From positions 285,901 through 349,900 of the forward strand of contig NW_004797562.1 in NCBI RefSeq assembly GCF_000002075.1: a stretch of DNA of 64,000 bases, given 5' to 3'. A model generated the notes under the pieces. The model was not told where the DNA came from, did no database searches, and was given only the letters and a program-made list of their open reading frames with translations. Shown here one piece after another: positions 36,790-50,372 of this stretch (within the stretch, counting starts at the first letter, position 1; each line of letters starts with the position of its first letter). Made by a program: the position numbers and the translations under genes. The DNA comes from Aplysia californica (lineage: Eukaryota).

Positions 36790-39700
36790 CGCGAGCGTGT
36801 TTGAGTCTGGCATGCATATTGCGGATGCGTGTGCATGTAATGTGTGCATGAGTGTCTGTGTGTGTGAGTGTGTGTGTTCGTGGGCGAATATTGTTCGTAA
36901 ATGCATTTATGTAAAGCGCCAATAGCTGTGTTCACATGGGAGGGGGCGCTATAGAAATGATCTACATTATTATTATTATTACGTAAACAGAAAACCTAGC
37001 TAAATCGAAGAAAATCCTCAAAATTGAAATTTAGATTCTAAATACTGAAAAAAAGTAACAGTAAGAAAAAATACATAATGTAGGTGTCCAATTTTTTAGA
37101 GGAATGAAACAGTTTTTATCTCTCCTGGAAGACTATTTCCTCAGCTTTAAACAATAGAACAGCTTGCCAAAGAGATACTCCCCACATGGGAATCAAACTC
37201 AAGCCTTCTGGGAGTGACGGCAAAGAGCCTAACGTTCACCACAGATGTCAGTTAGGGAGGAGACATTTCTGTTAAGGTCTATACAAACACTGTAAAAGCA
37301 AAAATCAATATAAAACACAACCATATCACACAAAATTTACCACAAGTCAAAAAAGCAATTTCCATGTTCATGAGACCAAATGCAAAGACATTATTAGGCC
37401 TACTTTAAAAAACCTTGGACTATCTCTGGATCATGATACCAGAACATCAATAGACAGGCACGGATAGCATGAACAAAGGACACTCAAAATCACGGATAGC
37501 TGGTACAATCTGTCATTCCCCGACTGACATCTCTTTAATTTTTCGTTATTGGTTAATTCAAATTATGGATGTGTCTACCACATTTGTCAATCCCTGAAAT
37601 ATTTGAGTTATATATGCTCGACAGTCATGAGTATTTCTTTCTTGCTTATCACGAGTTAATAGGCAAGACCCTGTGCTTTAAAATGAGAAAAGTTGGTGCA
37701 AAATATCACAGACTACATGTCTGGAAAAGCAAAAAAGATATCGTAGCTGCTCTTGCTTCTTCATCTTGGCATTCACCTGTTCCATCTTACCCTAATATCA
37801 AAGGTGTGGCTGGAAAACAGCAGTAGGAAGGAGCCAGGAGTAGCAGTAGAAACAGTCAGGAGTAAGGGAGAGAAAAGAAGAAAGTCCGATGGGGGTGGGG
37901 AGAGAAAGTGGTGAGGAAAACAGATAACAGAACAAGACTGAAGAATGGGAAAGGAAAACAAAGAAGAAAGTTCTAAGGAAGAACATTTTTTCATCGATGG
38001 CAGGATTTGGCCCAGGGAACTTCTGGCTGAGAGGAGAACACCATACCTCTACACCACAAGAAGAGCCCACACAGCTCTTAATTTAAGCGTTTAAGTTAAT
38101 AATTATAATACATAACCATAAACATATTAAAAAATAGAAAACAAGGACATACTTTTCTTCCACAATGCTGTCAACAGTGGCACATCAAGGGGTCGGTTGA
38201 GAATAATAAGGGCCAATTTTGTGCCTGAAAAAGTTAACATATTATATGTATATATTCATATTTCAAAACTAAAGATAAAATAACTGGAATGAATAAAGTA
38301 CAGGTGCCAACTATGGCTGAAGGTTTACTGTGTGCTTGATCAAATGATGCAGCAGTCTTGCAGAGGTGATTCTATCTTTAAAGCCAAGACTAGTCAATTT
38401 CCCATCACTGTTCCAGTGCCAGACACCAACAATGTTCCCCAGGTGTGGTTGGTTTGCTATTCAAGGTCTTCTTTGCCATGTTCCTCGGCCACGGCCATCC
38501 TATCACTTGTTAACACCCACATACGTTTAAAAATGCTACTCTATTACTAAAGCAATTTTGGTATAAAAGTCAAAGTAAAATGATCAAACTTCATTGACCC
38601 ATCTTTTATTCAGAACTAAAAAAGCCTGTTTGAAGAAGATTTAATTGCCAAACTTTGGAAGAANNNNNNNNNNNNNNNNNNNNNNNNNNNNNNNNNNNNN
38701 NNNNNNNNNNNNNNNNNNNNNNNNNNNNNNNNNNNNNNNNNNNNNNNNNNNNNNNNNNNNNNNNNNNNNNNNNNNNNNNNNNNNNNNNNNNNNNNNNNNN
38801 NNNNNNNNNNNNNNNNNNATAGGCTGTGAAACTATCAGCTCCATAAATTTGCTGTCGTTCAAAGACTCAATCCAATTTCTTTCACAGTGATTTTATGGCA
38901 CTCTTTACAATAAGAATTTTAATGTTCATTTAAACACAGTGTTGGTGATTTCTATTTCTTTGTCCAAAGTCAAAAGACATTAACCTCCTTCTCACTGATC
39001 TTTCCCTTCTAGAAAATTTCATTCTCATCCGACAAAATGTAAAATCTTTTCACTTAATTCACCAATTCACAACAGCCTGCAGCGTCTGCAGACGTTAACG
39101 CTTGTTTTTCTGACATTCTCTGGTTTTGGCCCTGAGAGTGCTGGATATCGATACTGACTCAAATGCTGGGTATCGATGTTTTAGCGAGAAAGCAAGGGAG
39201 GCGCTGCTATTTTTCAGTTCAAAATGAGCAGTAGTATTTCCCATGTTCTTAACCCCCCCCCGACCTTAGAAAAACATCGGGGGTTTCGGGAATTGAATTT
39301 AACCATAATTTGATGTTTTGCAATTCAATTAGGTCGCTGAGCGTCAAACATCATATCGACACGCGCATCAAAAAGTAATCGTTTAGAACTAGAAGTAACC
39401 ATCTGTGAAGCCAAAACCCACACTCCATAGATCTAGTTATCATTGGGGCCAAAACTGGATTACTCAAGAAATGAGACAGTTCAGGATAGAGACCTACCCT
39501 TGTCCAGGCCCTACACTACATTTCATCTATTATTATGTCCAGACGCTTTAACTGTAAACTGTAAGACGTGATAAAAGATAAGTACTGAAGACAGTGTAGG
39601 CTGTATTGCAGGCCGTTGGGAAGGGTACGTGTGACTGCAAAAGAGTGGCAAGTTTTAGTATTTTAGTTATAGGCCACTTATATTCTCACCCCTGGTGAGA

Positions 39701-42463
39701 ATAGCTCATGACCCGTTATTCTCACCCTCACCCCGATGTGAGCTTGAGGCGAGCCTTAATGATCTGGAAGAGGCTAGCCATAATGACAGCTAGACTGCTA
39801 GGGTACTTAATAATGATGGCTAGACTGACAAACAGCAAAATTTAGGCCTACTGAATGGTAAATAAATTTTTAGTTTCAATACCTAAAGTATTTGTATTTG
39901 AGACAAAACCAAAAGGTGCTTTACTGACACTGACAGTATGTATTTTAAACCTGAATAGACCTGTGTACTCAACAAGTTTCAAATAAGGCCTAAAATAAGT
40001 ACGGTTAAAATGGCAGGCGAAAAGTACGGCTGGACAGCTAAAGGCTAGCCGTACTTAATAATGATGGTTGAATTGTAAATAAAATTTTAGTTTGCAATAT
40101 ATACCTAAAGTATTTGTATTCAGACGAAACCAAAAGGTGCCTGACTGACATGCATGTATTTTAAACCTGGATAATTACTAGATCTAATGAGACCTGTGTA
40201 CTCAACAGGTTTCGATCAGCGGAGTGTCTACGTACACGGTAACCAGGCAAATAGCCTCAGTGTCTACGTACACGGTAACCGGCAACCGGTCACGTAATCT
40301 CAGTGTCATGTACACGGTAACCAGGCATGTAGCCTCAATATCTACGTACACGGTAACCGGCTACCGGGCATGTAGTCTCAGTTTCACCAGAGACTATATA
40401 AATTATAATTAAATACTCTCTTGTGTCACGTACACAGTAACCGGGCAGTTCAGAACTCCAAGTTCAGTTTCTGTCATCCAGTGTTGCCTTCATTCCCACC
40501 CCTCCCCCGACTGTACCTTTAAAAAAAATCAATGATCTCTCCCCCCACATTCCGGAGCCCTATACTTCGCAGCGCACAGACTTTGAAAGAACTTTGGTGA
40601 CCCCAACCGGTACTCACAATGTGTCACACGCACAGGCTCACTGACCTGTCATGATGGCGAGCCCAGCAAGACACTTGTACAGTAGTCTCCGCCTAAACGC
40701 ATGGTGCTCAGGAGGGCTCCTTAGCGTGTGTTTACACGGAGCGTGCGTTTACATGAACCTTTGCAAGGGGAGGAAGGGATGTGGTCATCTCAACTCCTTA
40801 TTAACTCCAGTGACCTCCCTTGGAGGGAGTGGGTCATTTTGGCAGATAACGTGACGGCACGTGACTGTTTTGTTAAAGATTCCCCAACTGGGGTTAGGAA
40901 TACAAAGGCGTTCAATGGGGGAGGGGTGGGGGGGGAGAGACAGACTCGTAATAAATTATATTATTATGCACAATAAACCTCGGGAACAGATAGCGTAAGA
41001 GGAAACTGTTGGCGATAGTCATAGAGACGACAGCCCAGCCACGTGGCTTTCCAAGCGACCACCCCCGACCGTAAATTCATGCAGAATCATTCTCTACATT
41101 CAGAGAAACATTTCTCTTGCGATTCGTTGAACAAGTACGTTATAAGTTCTTTGAGCGCAGCTGATTAGGCTTACTTAATCTTAAATCCTGTCTAGATCTA
41201 GATTCTAGTGCTTTACGGCATTTACGCGTATCGTGCATCAGGCCTAGATCTAACTAAACATTACATGCAGTCACTCAAACACCAGTCAAACCTTCTCTCA
41301 AAGATACATACATTTCCAGTGACCTATTAAAAACATTTCAGTCCCCCCAATCCCCCCCCCCCAACATTTCACCGACCAGACCTAGATCTATGTGTCTCTG
41401 TGGAAAGTTGGAAGTGAAAACGCTGTCTATCACTCTTTCTTAGGCTTGTCTTATACAGGTTGTAGTGAAAATTTCCTTGTCAAGCTTTACCTGTCGGTGT
41501 GTTTCGCAGATCGGAGCGTGCGTTTAGAGGGAGTGACCGTGCGTTTGTACGTCTTAATTATAGAGTAAAAAACCCGTCAGATGAAGGAAGCGTGCGTTTG
41601 AGCGGAGTGTGCTTTTGTATGGCGTGCGTTTAGGCGGAGACTACTGTAAGACTTTCTTTTTTTTTCAGCAAGTGACAGCACAGGACAAATATTGATTTAT
41701 TTTCATTCCCGTTACCGTGTACGTAGATACAAAGACTAGGTGAGACTAGGTGTCCGGTTACCGTGTACGTAGATACTGAGACTAGGTGCCCAGTTACCGT
41801 GTACGTGTAGACACTCCGTTCGATCAATAGGGCCTAACCTAGATCGAAATACAGCTAAACTGGCAGGCTAGCTGTAGCCACTTCATTCTTAAAATTAGGC
41901 TACATCTAGATCTAGATCTATAATTGTGAGGACCCGTGTATGTATCAGCTGCGTTCTGCTCTCAACATTTTGTGTTTTTTGCGTGTGTGTGCTTTTTCTT
42001 CACTGTTGTTTGCTGTTCATTCATGGTGTGAAATGGCCTTCACCCAGCCCATTAAATTAACTAAACCTGAAACTTATCTCTACAACTTATAAGTGCTGTT
42101 CTGTGTGTGTCTGTGCTATAGACTAGAGGCCTACTGTACGTTAGCACACCCGGGGGGGGTGAGAATAGCGAGACAAAGGGCCATAGGCTGGTGAGAACAA
42201 CACTTCCAACTCTAATAAGTTACAGTCAAACTCTGTGCTGTTCTGTTCGTGTCTGTGCTATAGGCCTACTGTACGTTAGCACACCCGAGGGGGGTGAGAA
42301 TAGCGAGACAAAGGGCCATGCTATTCTCACTTATGAGATCACCACCACAGCCACAGCCACAGATCAGGCGTAACCTTGATGATTCTGAAAACAAACTTAA
42401 AAAAAATAATTAAGAATAACCTGAGTCTGGAAGTAGGCATGACAAAGGCCGGAGAACATTCAT
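32215..42463 (-). CDS. TPK1: Thiamine pyrophosphokinase 1, complete, 7 coding exons, 241 aa
   Basis: Exons 42463-42421, 38224-38153, 36001-35859, 35524-35435, 34122-33976, 33783-33672 and 32333-32215 are GT-AG and in frame. Motifs: LIILNRPL, TDGAVNRL, PDVISGDFDS, TPDQNETDFTKCL, GSFGGRFDHTLANV, WCGLVPVG, TTTGLKYNL, MRFGELISTSN. Confidence 0.95.
34252..34308. repeat. (CT)n microsatellite
   Basis: Directly visible. Confidence 0.95.
36430..36699 (+). mobile_element. 5'-truncated RTE-clade LINE 3' fragment in TPK1 intron 2
   Basis: IKRRRWRWTGHVLRK..ALHWTPEGRCKRGRPKVTWRRTV..NRQSWRSFVAAL is the typical RTE ORF C-terminus. It is followed by a (TAAG)n tail. Confidence 0.85.
37780..38075 (-). mobile_element. 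tRNA-derived SINE, degraded
   Basis: Minus-strand head gtggtgtagaggt...gggccaaatcctgcc resembles A and B boxes. Confidence 0.45.
39770..40210 (+). repeat. Local direct duplication of about 200 bp
   Basis: gtacttaataatgatgg...gtaaataaa.ttttagttt...cctaaagtatttgtatt...aaaccaaaaggtgc...gacctgtgtactcaaca occurs twice. Confidence 0.8.
40220..41818. mobile_element. Foldback/Mutator-like element whose arms are arrays of a ~36-bp unit
   Basis: Arms of gtgtctacgtacacggtaacc repeats (40220-40445, inverted at 41710-41818), with a 9-bp TSD ttcgatcag/ttcgatcaa. Confidence 0.75.
40680..41646. mobile_element. pogo/Tigger-like MITE nested in the foldback element
   Basis: TIR cagtagtctccgcctaaacgca / tgcgtttaggcggagactactg with a TA TSD. 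A related, more diverged copy is at ~29513-30905. Confidence 0.85.
42093..42320 (+). repeat. Local direct duplication of about 90 bp in TPK1 intron 1
   Basis: gtgctgttctgt..aggcctactgtacgttagcacaccc..gggtgagaatagcgagacaaagggccat occurs twice. Confidence 0.8.
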
Positions 42464-43005
42464 CTCTACAGACGGAAGCACAATCAGTGCCAATCACACA
42501 TTCACAAGAACGTAAAAACGGTCTTGTAACCTGTTAAATGTCAGTGAGAAAGTGAAAGTAGTAACACAACTCTTCGTCTTCGGTCGCAGTTCATAATTTT
42601 ATAAGAGTAGTATCCCTTGGTTATTGTTCTGTCGTTCTTTTCTAGCTTCGGTGTTTTTTTAAATGTTCATCTAAAAATTAAATTGTAGTAAACATGTATC
42701 TGTTCCACATCTCAACGAATCGAATAACCAATCGACCTGAAAACCCAGAAAACACCTAATTTTTTATAAGTTATCATATCTTGCTAATTGTTTTTGTTTT
42801 GCACCATCAAACACCAGCGAGCAAATTAATAGTAAGTGTTTTTCTGTGCGAAAGAGTTTCGGGTCCGGTCTTGGCCTGAGACCCGGGCTACTTGCCGAAA
42901 CAAACGAGTTCTTATTTCGCGGGACAACAACAAAATAGCAGCTGTGCCGGCATTGACAAGAGACAGAGGAGGCCTACTGCTCATGGTACAACCAAAAACT
43001 TTGTT
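42464..43005. promoter_or_regulatory. Bidirectional promoter for TPK1 and ORC2, with an E2F-like site
   Basis: The divergent ATGs (42463 and 43006) are about 540 bp apart. TTTCGCGGGA lies at 42915-42924 and an ETS-like CGGAAG at ~42473. Confidence 0.6.
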
Positions 43006-46000
43006 ATGGAGGAAAAACGGAAAAAATCAATAAGGATAACTGAAGTTTCCGAAGATGCTGTTATTCAACATATCCTGCCTTTGAATGATTTGACTCGCGT
43101 CAAGAGGAGAGGACGAAACAGCGGTAAGCAAGTCACCCCCCCCCCCCCAATTAGCAAATTAGCCTCACTGAGAAACAGTGCATCATTCATTGTCAGGGAA
43201 GTCTCATATAGATCTAGCTGATAGCTACACATGTTAGTGCTCCACAGCTCTCCATCTCCCCTGTCGGCACATATGGCCTAACACAAACAGTTCAAACATT
43301 CATCTGGGTCGGGATTTCTTTCACATGATTGACAATGCGATTCACCAGGCCATCAGAAGAGGTAGACTCCACCATGGCAGCCACTACACAATGAAAGGAT
43401 GGACTTTTGTAACAAGCGATCACCCCAACAAACACAATAAAGAAGAGACTTAACCCAAACCCTAACCTTGCCTCTACCCCTAGCCCTATCGCATAGTGGT
43501 CGTTCGTTAAGGCGCGAAGTCCTCCCCAATGAAAGCTCCACTTACTGAGGAGGAATTTCTGTGACAGCACCAAAAGCGGCAACAGCCCTCAGTCACCGCC
43601 AGAAGTACAAGAAGGCGCTTGTGGCACTGAAAACTTCAATGAGTTGCAACCATCATAATGTCCATATAACAATAACATGCCGACAGGGAAGATCTATGGA
43701 AAGCTGTGGAGAAGTGCAACTATACGCCGGAGAATAGCCATCTAACTGCTGTAGTCACAGTCAAGTCAGTGCTACTGGAAATTGAAGTGGTGTGCAAAAT
43801 ACACATATGCTGTGTAAAAAGGTCGTTTCGTTCAAATGATACACATACCGTACCTGTAGGCGTAGGCCTATTGTTTGATGAACAAGTTGCATTGCGGTGT
43901 AGTGCTAGCAGACCTGCCACTCATCCCGATTTAGTCGGGATATCCCGATTTTTTGCCCCAAATCTCAATCCTCCCGGTTTTCCCGATTTCGAGCGCGTGT
44001 ATCCCGATTTTTTGTCCCAGTCTGCTGTTGTGCCGGATCTTTCTAAAAACTTACTCTACCTTCTCCTTTATCACGAGAAGCACCCGTTGAACCTTTTGTC
44101 AGTAGGAACTCGGAGCGCTATTTCCCGAAATGTCGATGCCGCATTTAGTAGTTGACTCGCCCCAAGTTGTGTGTGATCTTTGCCCGCACTCAGAATTCTC
44201 CGATGATAGCCTGGTAACTGTTACAATTTGGGACATACAAATAATCGATAATATTCGTAGTTCCGCTGTTACTTTCAAAACAAGCCTTGTCCGAGGTCTG
44301 GTAACTGCGCGATCACATCAGACACTAAGACGAGCGACAGTCTTTCTAACCCTTACACAACTACATGTAACTGCGCTGACAAGACAACCATACGGCCGTT
44401 GTCGTTGCTTTAGTCTGAACGCATTATGAGGGATAAGAGATTTGTTGGTACATTTGGTGGGTCGGCCGCCGTCGTTATCCTAGAAGTAGAACGACTGTCG
44501 CTCATCCGAGTGTTTTGTGTGAACGTGCAGTTAGTCGGACTCGTTAGTAAAATTGTTTCAATCGCGCATTCGCGTCACGAGACATATCATCGCCATGTGA
44601 GTTCTGCGTGTCGGGGACCGTCCGTTGACGGGGTCAACTTAAGTTCATGCATTTTGGGACTTATTGGTAGGGGTGGGGGGGGGGGGTATAGACACTTGGA
44701 CTAAGAGTGCTTGACATGATGCTTCAGGATTTACCAAAAAAAACAAAAAAACTCGCACGTACGCTCGCACACACCCACGCACGCACGCGTGCACACACAC
44801 ACACACGCACAGGCACACACACAAACAGACAAAGACACACAGAGGGCATATAGCCAAGGAATTTATGGACACCCCTGGAAAAATTTTAAGTCAGCTTTGG
44901 CAGTCACCTTGGTGATTTGCTGTTGATCCCGATTTTTTTTCACCAAATCCTGATTTTTTCTCTCTGAGATCCTGATTTTGAGGTTTCATAAAGTGGCAGG
45001 TCTGGGCTAGGCGTTCTCTACTAGGCTAGGCCTAATGTTTATTTATGGCAACATGTGGACAAACAGACCTCCAGGCAACTTAATGTATCATTGTTCAGTA
45101 GCTTGAGTTGATTTAGAAACCAACCATGTTTAACAACAATCTAGACAGAGTAGAATGCTTTCACTTTTTCATCTGATCTATAGGTTGAATGACCAGTGAT
45201 TTCTAAGGTGTTTTGTTGGGAGGTTTCGGTTTGATTATAATTAAAATGAGAGTATGATATTATGTTACATATATTTTAAATCATCTTTCTTGCTTTAGTG
45301 GACTCCCTGTAGAGGGCATTTGATCCTTCTCTTCTGCTCACTGCTGTTCTGTTTTGTTTTCTCTTTGTGAACTTTCTTTGCATTTTATTGTTTAGGTATA
45401 TATTTTAGTCGTAGTGGATGTCTTGAGTATGAGAAATGAATACAGGAAATGAAATGCACAGTGGGAGTTATTCTACTTGCTGAAACAACTTCTGAAAAAA
45501 AATTTATATTTTCTGTTTGACAACAGGAGCCTCTAGTCAGGATCTTGTCTACACTGCCACAGAGTATAACGGTGACTCTGACAGCGATGAGGACGCTGAA
45601 CTGAGCATTCCAAATGGTGTGCAACCAATGGGTATGGATGATCTGTTGAAATGTAACCAACCTCCGCTCCTCCTTCCCCCCTCTCCTCACACTCATACCC
45701 CCCTCCCTTCTCCTTACACATGCACACCAACCATACATGAATACTTGCTCTGTAAGTCCCACTTAATCATGGGTTGCGCCAGTTTACTACATGTAGTTTC
45801 TTCTGAGTAGGTTTCCGGACTCATTGACCAGACATCATTTATTTGAAATGCCCAGCTATATCTGATATATCATACTTAGTTTGCTCTACTACTGTTCTTA
45901 ATCAAATAGTTACCTTAGTCCTCAAAAGGAACAGATCTGCGGTTTGTTAGTTTTTAGTTTATTTGGCGCCCGGTGCCTACTTTCTAATCTATTCTGTCTT

Positions 46001-48414
46001 TAATTTTTTCCCGTTACAAGTCTCTTCACCCCACTGGGAGGCAGTGTGATGATATGGTGTCAGGCCAAGGTCACGCTTAGTCAGTGATCCGATATTTTTG
46101 TGTATCAACACCAAAATGAAACCACCTTTCCCCCTCCTTCCCTTCACACACCTTATGACATCATAAAACGTGTAATCAACAGTTGGTCACATAGGTGTAT
46201 TTTGTGATAATGGATATTGTTTCTCTTCTTTTTTCTGCTTTCTTATCAGTTTGCTTATTTTGGATTTTGACAATGGCTGGACTACTGTTGCAGCCGACCA
46301 TGTCCATCGGAAAGCTAAACTATAAAAGAATTCTTTTACCGTACATTGTGAGTTATGAACTTATGAGTATGAGAGAGCGGACTCGAGGATCATGTGATAT
46401 AAGCCTGCTGTAGCCGGAATCCTGTTGTTAATACTAAGACTGTTATAATTGAGACCCACTGTATTATATTATATCTATTTCTGGTTTTCTATTTCAGAGA
46501 CTGAAATTGAAGAGAATGCCATGTTTGGTGGTGAGGTTTTTAGATTCCGCACGCAAAAAAAGTCTGGCCAGATGGTAATGAAAGGTTTGTACTTGAATTA
46601 TTCTTGTAATGTAAGTTATTCTTTATTTAATCTATATTGAAACCACATATTCTGTTCTTCATCATGATATAAAATTATGCTGTTTTTCCACCATCAGTTT
46701 TGATAGACAGATTTGAGGATGAATATATCTTGTTTGTTTAGTCATGCAACTGTTAAAAAATTGTTGAGAATATTATCCTTTTCTTTTTTATAAACTGTGT
46801 CTCATTTCTAGCATGTTGAAAAGCTTCGAGGTTTCTGTGATGCAATTAGTAGCATCCAAGTACAAAGAGCAAAAGTCCAGGGTTTGGATTTGGTACAGGT
46901 CTTGATCTTTCTGGAATATTTCCTGGTGTCTTGTCAGCTGCCTCAGTGTAGGCTCCTGCATTGTGAGGACTTCTATTGTGTTTATTAGACAGGTACATTT
47001 CATTAAAAACAAAATTCTAAAAGTATGAATTGAAAATGCAGCAATATTTTCTCAACTGTGACTTGGTCTCTTCCCTTGCTACAGCTGAGGACTGTGTTTC
47101 TCCGAGAACTCCAGGGAAGAAAACACCGGGCCGGGGATCCAAGAGTGCAAAAAGTACACCCACTGATGGTGTTCTGCCGTCGAAAACACCCCCACGATCA
47201 CAGAGGGTCACAGAAAAACAACAGTCTGCTGCAGGTGAGATTGAACTTGTAAACTCTCTTGTTAAATTTGGTATAGACTTTATTAAATTTGCCAGAACAA
47301 TTTTGAAGATTTATATTTATATTGTGATAAGCATCACAGATTGCTGTGCCCCTGCCTTCTCCATAGGTGCCAATCAGAACCAAAAAACATACAGTTGAAC
47401 CTGCACTAACAGTGTAACAGCCAACTGTATAAGCCAATTACCTTATGAACAGCCACTTTTTATTACCTCCTACGAGTGTGGGTTTTTTTTCATAATAATA
47501 ACACTTTGTCCTCGACAGTCACAATGGGTGGCCGTCTTTGAAAGTTTCAACTGTATTAAATACATTCTTGAAAGTGAGTGGGAAAAGGGGTTTTTGGGGG
47601 TTGGGTTGGTTTGGGGTTGTTGTTTTTTTTGTATTGTAAAATACTTTCTGCTCAGCGCGAGCACTTGAGTCATTTTTGCTTTTTGAAAAGTCAGAAGTTG
47701 TGCATCTCTAATGAACTGTTTTTCCTTCACTAGTTGTCACAACCTACTTTTTATGTTGTGGCAGCCCCAGCAAAGACTTAATCATTACGCAGAAGTTTAG
47801 GGGTTTGATCTGGTGGTGTCTGAATGATGAATGAATCTTCTCATCCTTCCTGAATTATTTCCTCGAAGCCGAGTGTCGTGCTGGGAAACACAAACAGCCT
47901 TCAAAATACCATCAAACCTGATATCACAGCCAGCTGACCTAGACAATTGCCTGTACAAATGGCCACTTTCCACTTCCATGTTTTTGGGGAGGGTTATTAT
48001 AATGGCACTCTCCAAGACATCCACCCGTCTGGGACATCCAGTTTTCTCCTTGAAAATAAAAGTGGCCCTCGTGGACAATTTTAATTGTAATTTATCTATG
48101 TCCGGAAATGTATTAAACTTCAACAATAGACTCATGGCAGTTTTTTTTATAATGTGAGTGATGCTTTTTTTAATACAATCCTTCAATTTTTGTAGCATTT
48201 TATGATTTTCATATTCTTCCTTTGACGCATTTCACAGTTTTTAAAGCTTTAATTTCTATGTTCTCTTAGAGCATGTAATAAATTTGGTTTATCTTCCCAG
48301 AAGCCTCTCCTGCCAGAACAGCAATCGGGGAAGCTGCACCTCGGGACCACAAGCGTATGGAATCGAGTACGCCATACCGACTTCGAAAACGTAACCTACA
48401 GCTGGAGCAAGCTG
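43006..48414 (+). CDS. ORC2: Origin recognition complex subunit 2, N-terminal five exons (partial)
   Basis: Exons 43006-43123, 45527-45631, 46498-46584, 47085-47234 and 48301-48414 all have phase-1 GT-AG junctions. The peptides VSEDAVIQHIL, GGEVFRFRTQKKSGQM, several S/T-P CDK-like sites and STPYRLRKR resemble the animal ORC2 N-terminus as I recall it. The conserved C-terminal domain is not in the window. Confidence 0.75.
43397..43526. mobile_element. MITE family C copy in ORC2 intron 1
   Basis: Diverged family C TIRs with a perfect 8-bp TSD caatgaaa. Confidence 0.8.
43909..45004. mobile_element. Non-autonomous TIR element in ORC2 intron 1
   Basis: TIR cagacctgccac / gtggcaggtctg, subterminal atcc(c/t)gattt repeats at both ends, and gctag on both flanks. 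Confidence 0.7.
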
Positions 48415-48533
48415 GTGAGTAGCTTCACTCCCTTCTCTAGCACTTTTATCTAGCCAGACTTTTTTGACAAGCACAATCTCAAAACGTCACACCAAACATG
48501 GCATCCTCTTCAATTTCAGTCTTTGAAACAGTA

Positions 48534-49633
48534 CAGTAATCGCCTCAACACAAACCATGGCAAAGTCGTAGTATGAGGTTGGGTTTTTTTTACAGTTTAA
48601 GTTAAATGTACAGATGCATGATCACTTCCTCTAAATACATGCTTTGATCCCCAAACACTCCGATAGTCGACACTTACAGTACCGAAGACTCATAGTGAAA
48701 AACCCTCAAGTAGGCTACCACACCAGTTTAGAACGCTGAAACCGTGGTAGATTTTTTTTTTTTTATTAAAAAAACCTTACCAGCCCAAGAAATACACTTT
48801 TTAAATTCATAGAGGTTCATCATCTATTCAGCTATCATATAGTATAGAGTGACTTCCTTTTGGCATTTACTTCAGTGCATTTCGTTCATTCATTGTTTAA
48901 TATGTTTAGCGTGCCTGGTTGCGTTGGCGATTAAAGTCGCCAGCGGTAGTGAGCACATACTACAACCTGCTAGCGACTTAAGTTGCCGACAGTACTGTAA
49001 GTGTTAAAGCAATACAAGGAAAAATTTTTGCAACAACCTAAAACAGCATGCATCATGGTATCGAAGACGAGTCTAGTAGTCCAGACAATCAGATTTTTTG
49101 GCGAGCTTGCTCTTCACACAGTATAATGAAAGTGATGGACAACATGTTCACATCCTACAGACACATGGGACTGGGTGAGGGATGTGTTTCAGTGGGGTGA
49201 TTGAAATGTCTTTTGATTGGTCACTCGAAACACGTCTTTGACAGGTTTCTCACTGGATTTTTGGGGTGACTGTAATGTATAGTAAAGGCCCAGTGCAAGT
49301 TCCTTAGATGACTATTACTGTCAACAGTTTCCTTTGATCTGTTCCTCGCAGTATGGCAAGTCGATCTTTCTGCTTTTTTCCACCGCTTATTCAACATCTT
49401 TGTAGACATAACTGCAATCCGGAAATCCTATATAATCAATAGACAAAGTCATGTTTTGTACTTCGGTGAGAGCCCCCCCCCCCCCCCCCGAGAAGTAACA
49501 GTAGTCATTAAAATATCAAGGACATGAAATGGTGTCCCTTTCACCTTTGCATTGGTTCGCATCAGCGCACACTACGTGTAAATGCAAGCTTAAAAGTGCT
49601 CCTGGGCACCATGTGTTTAGGCGGAGACTACTG
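48534..49633. mobile_element. Degraded pogo/Tigger-like element
   Basis: Left end cagtaatcgcctcaacac, right end gtgtttaggcggagactactg followed by TA. Confidence 0.5.
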
Positions 49634-50372
49634 TACTCTACTGTTTGATTTAGTGGGGATGTGTGACATGTGTAAAGGTACTGCCAGAAGACAGATTTTG
49701 TTCAAGCTGACCAAGCAAGGCTGAAAGTTTGGTTCTATAGCTCCTCTGTATTAAATTAAGAGTCAATGGTTTGAACTATTTCTTTCACCCTGCCTCTAGA
49801 ACTAACTTATCTATTGTATCTCTCTTTTCTTTTCCTTTCTTCCCTTTTGATTCTGTTTACCTTGAAATATGTGAAGTGCTAAAGTATCTTTCTTTTCTTT
49901 TCATCCTTCTTTAATTCTATTTACCGTGAAAGATGTGATGGGCTGAATGCAATTACAAAGGTACCAGACAATGGCTTTTATAAATTAATCGCAGTGGTGA
50001 AGCCACTAGCCTAAGAAGAACATTGATAAAATATAAACAAGCACAGTAAATACAGAAGCAAAAATTGCTGAATTGAATTTATTATACTGTTACAAAATTA
50101 GAATTCACAGCATACAAGAAACACAAGTTAACAATTAAGATTTTGATTAAGTACTCATATTTGTTTGCATTTTACCATTTTAATGTACAAATGATTCCAT
50201 GTCAATATTTTCACAAGAGAATCTACATGCATATATAAATTAGATAAGACACTTGTTGAGTCATAATATGCCACTCTGCATATCTGAAAAAAGTTTAATG
50301 TACGTCAGACCTGTGCTTCACAATAAGAAGTTGATTAAGTTAGTTCATAGTAGAGTGATGATGACATCTTAA

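Noticed and set aside
40220-40445. Regularly spaced ~21-bp repeat with variable intervening bases, superficially CRISPR-like
   Set aside because: The intervening bases are short and related to each other, the array has an inverted partner with a TSD, the context is eukaryotic, and there are no cas genes.
43706-44704. Run of 90-150 aa plus-strand ORFs in ORC2 intron 1
   Set aside because: They mostly fall within a non-autonomous TIR element and show no protein motifs.
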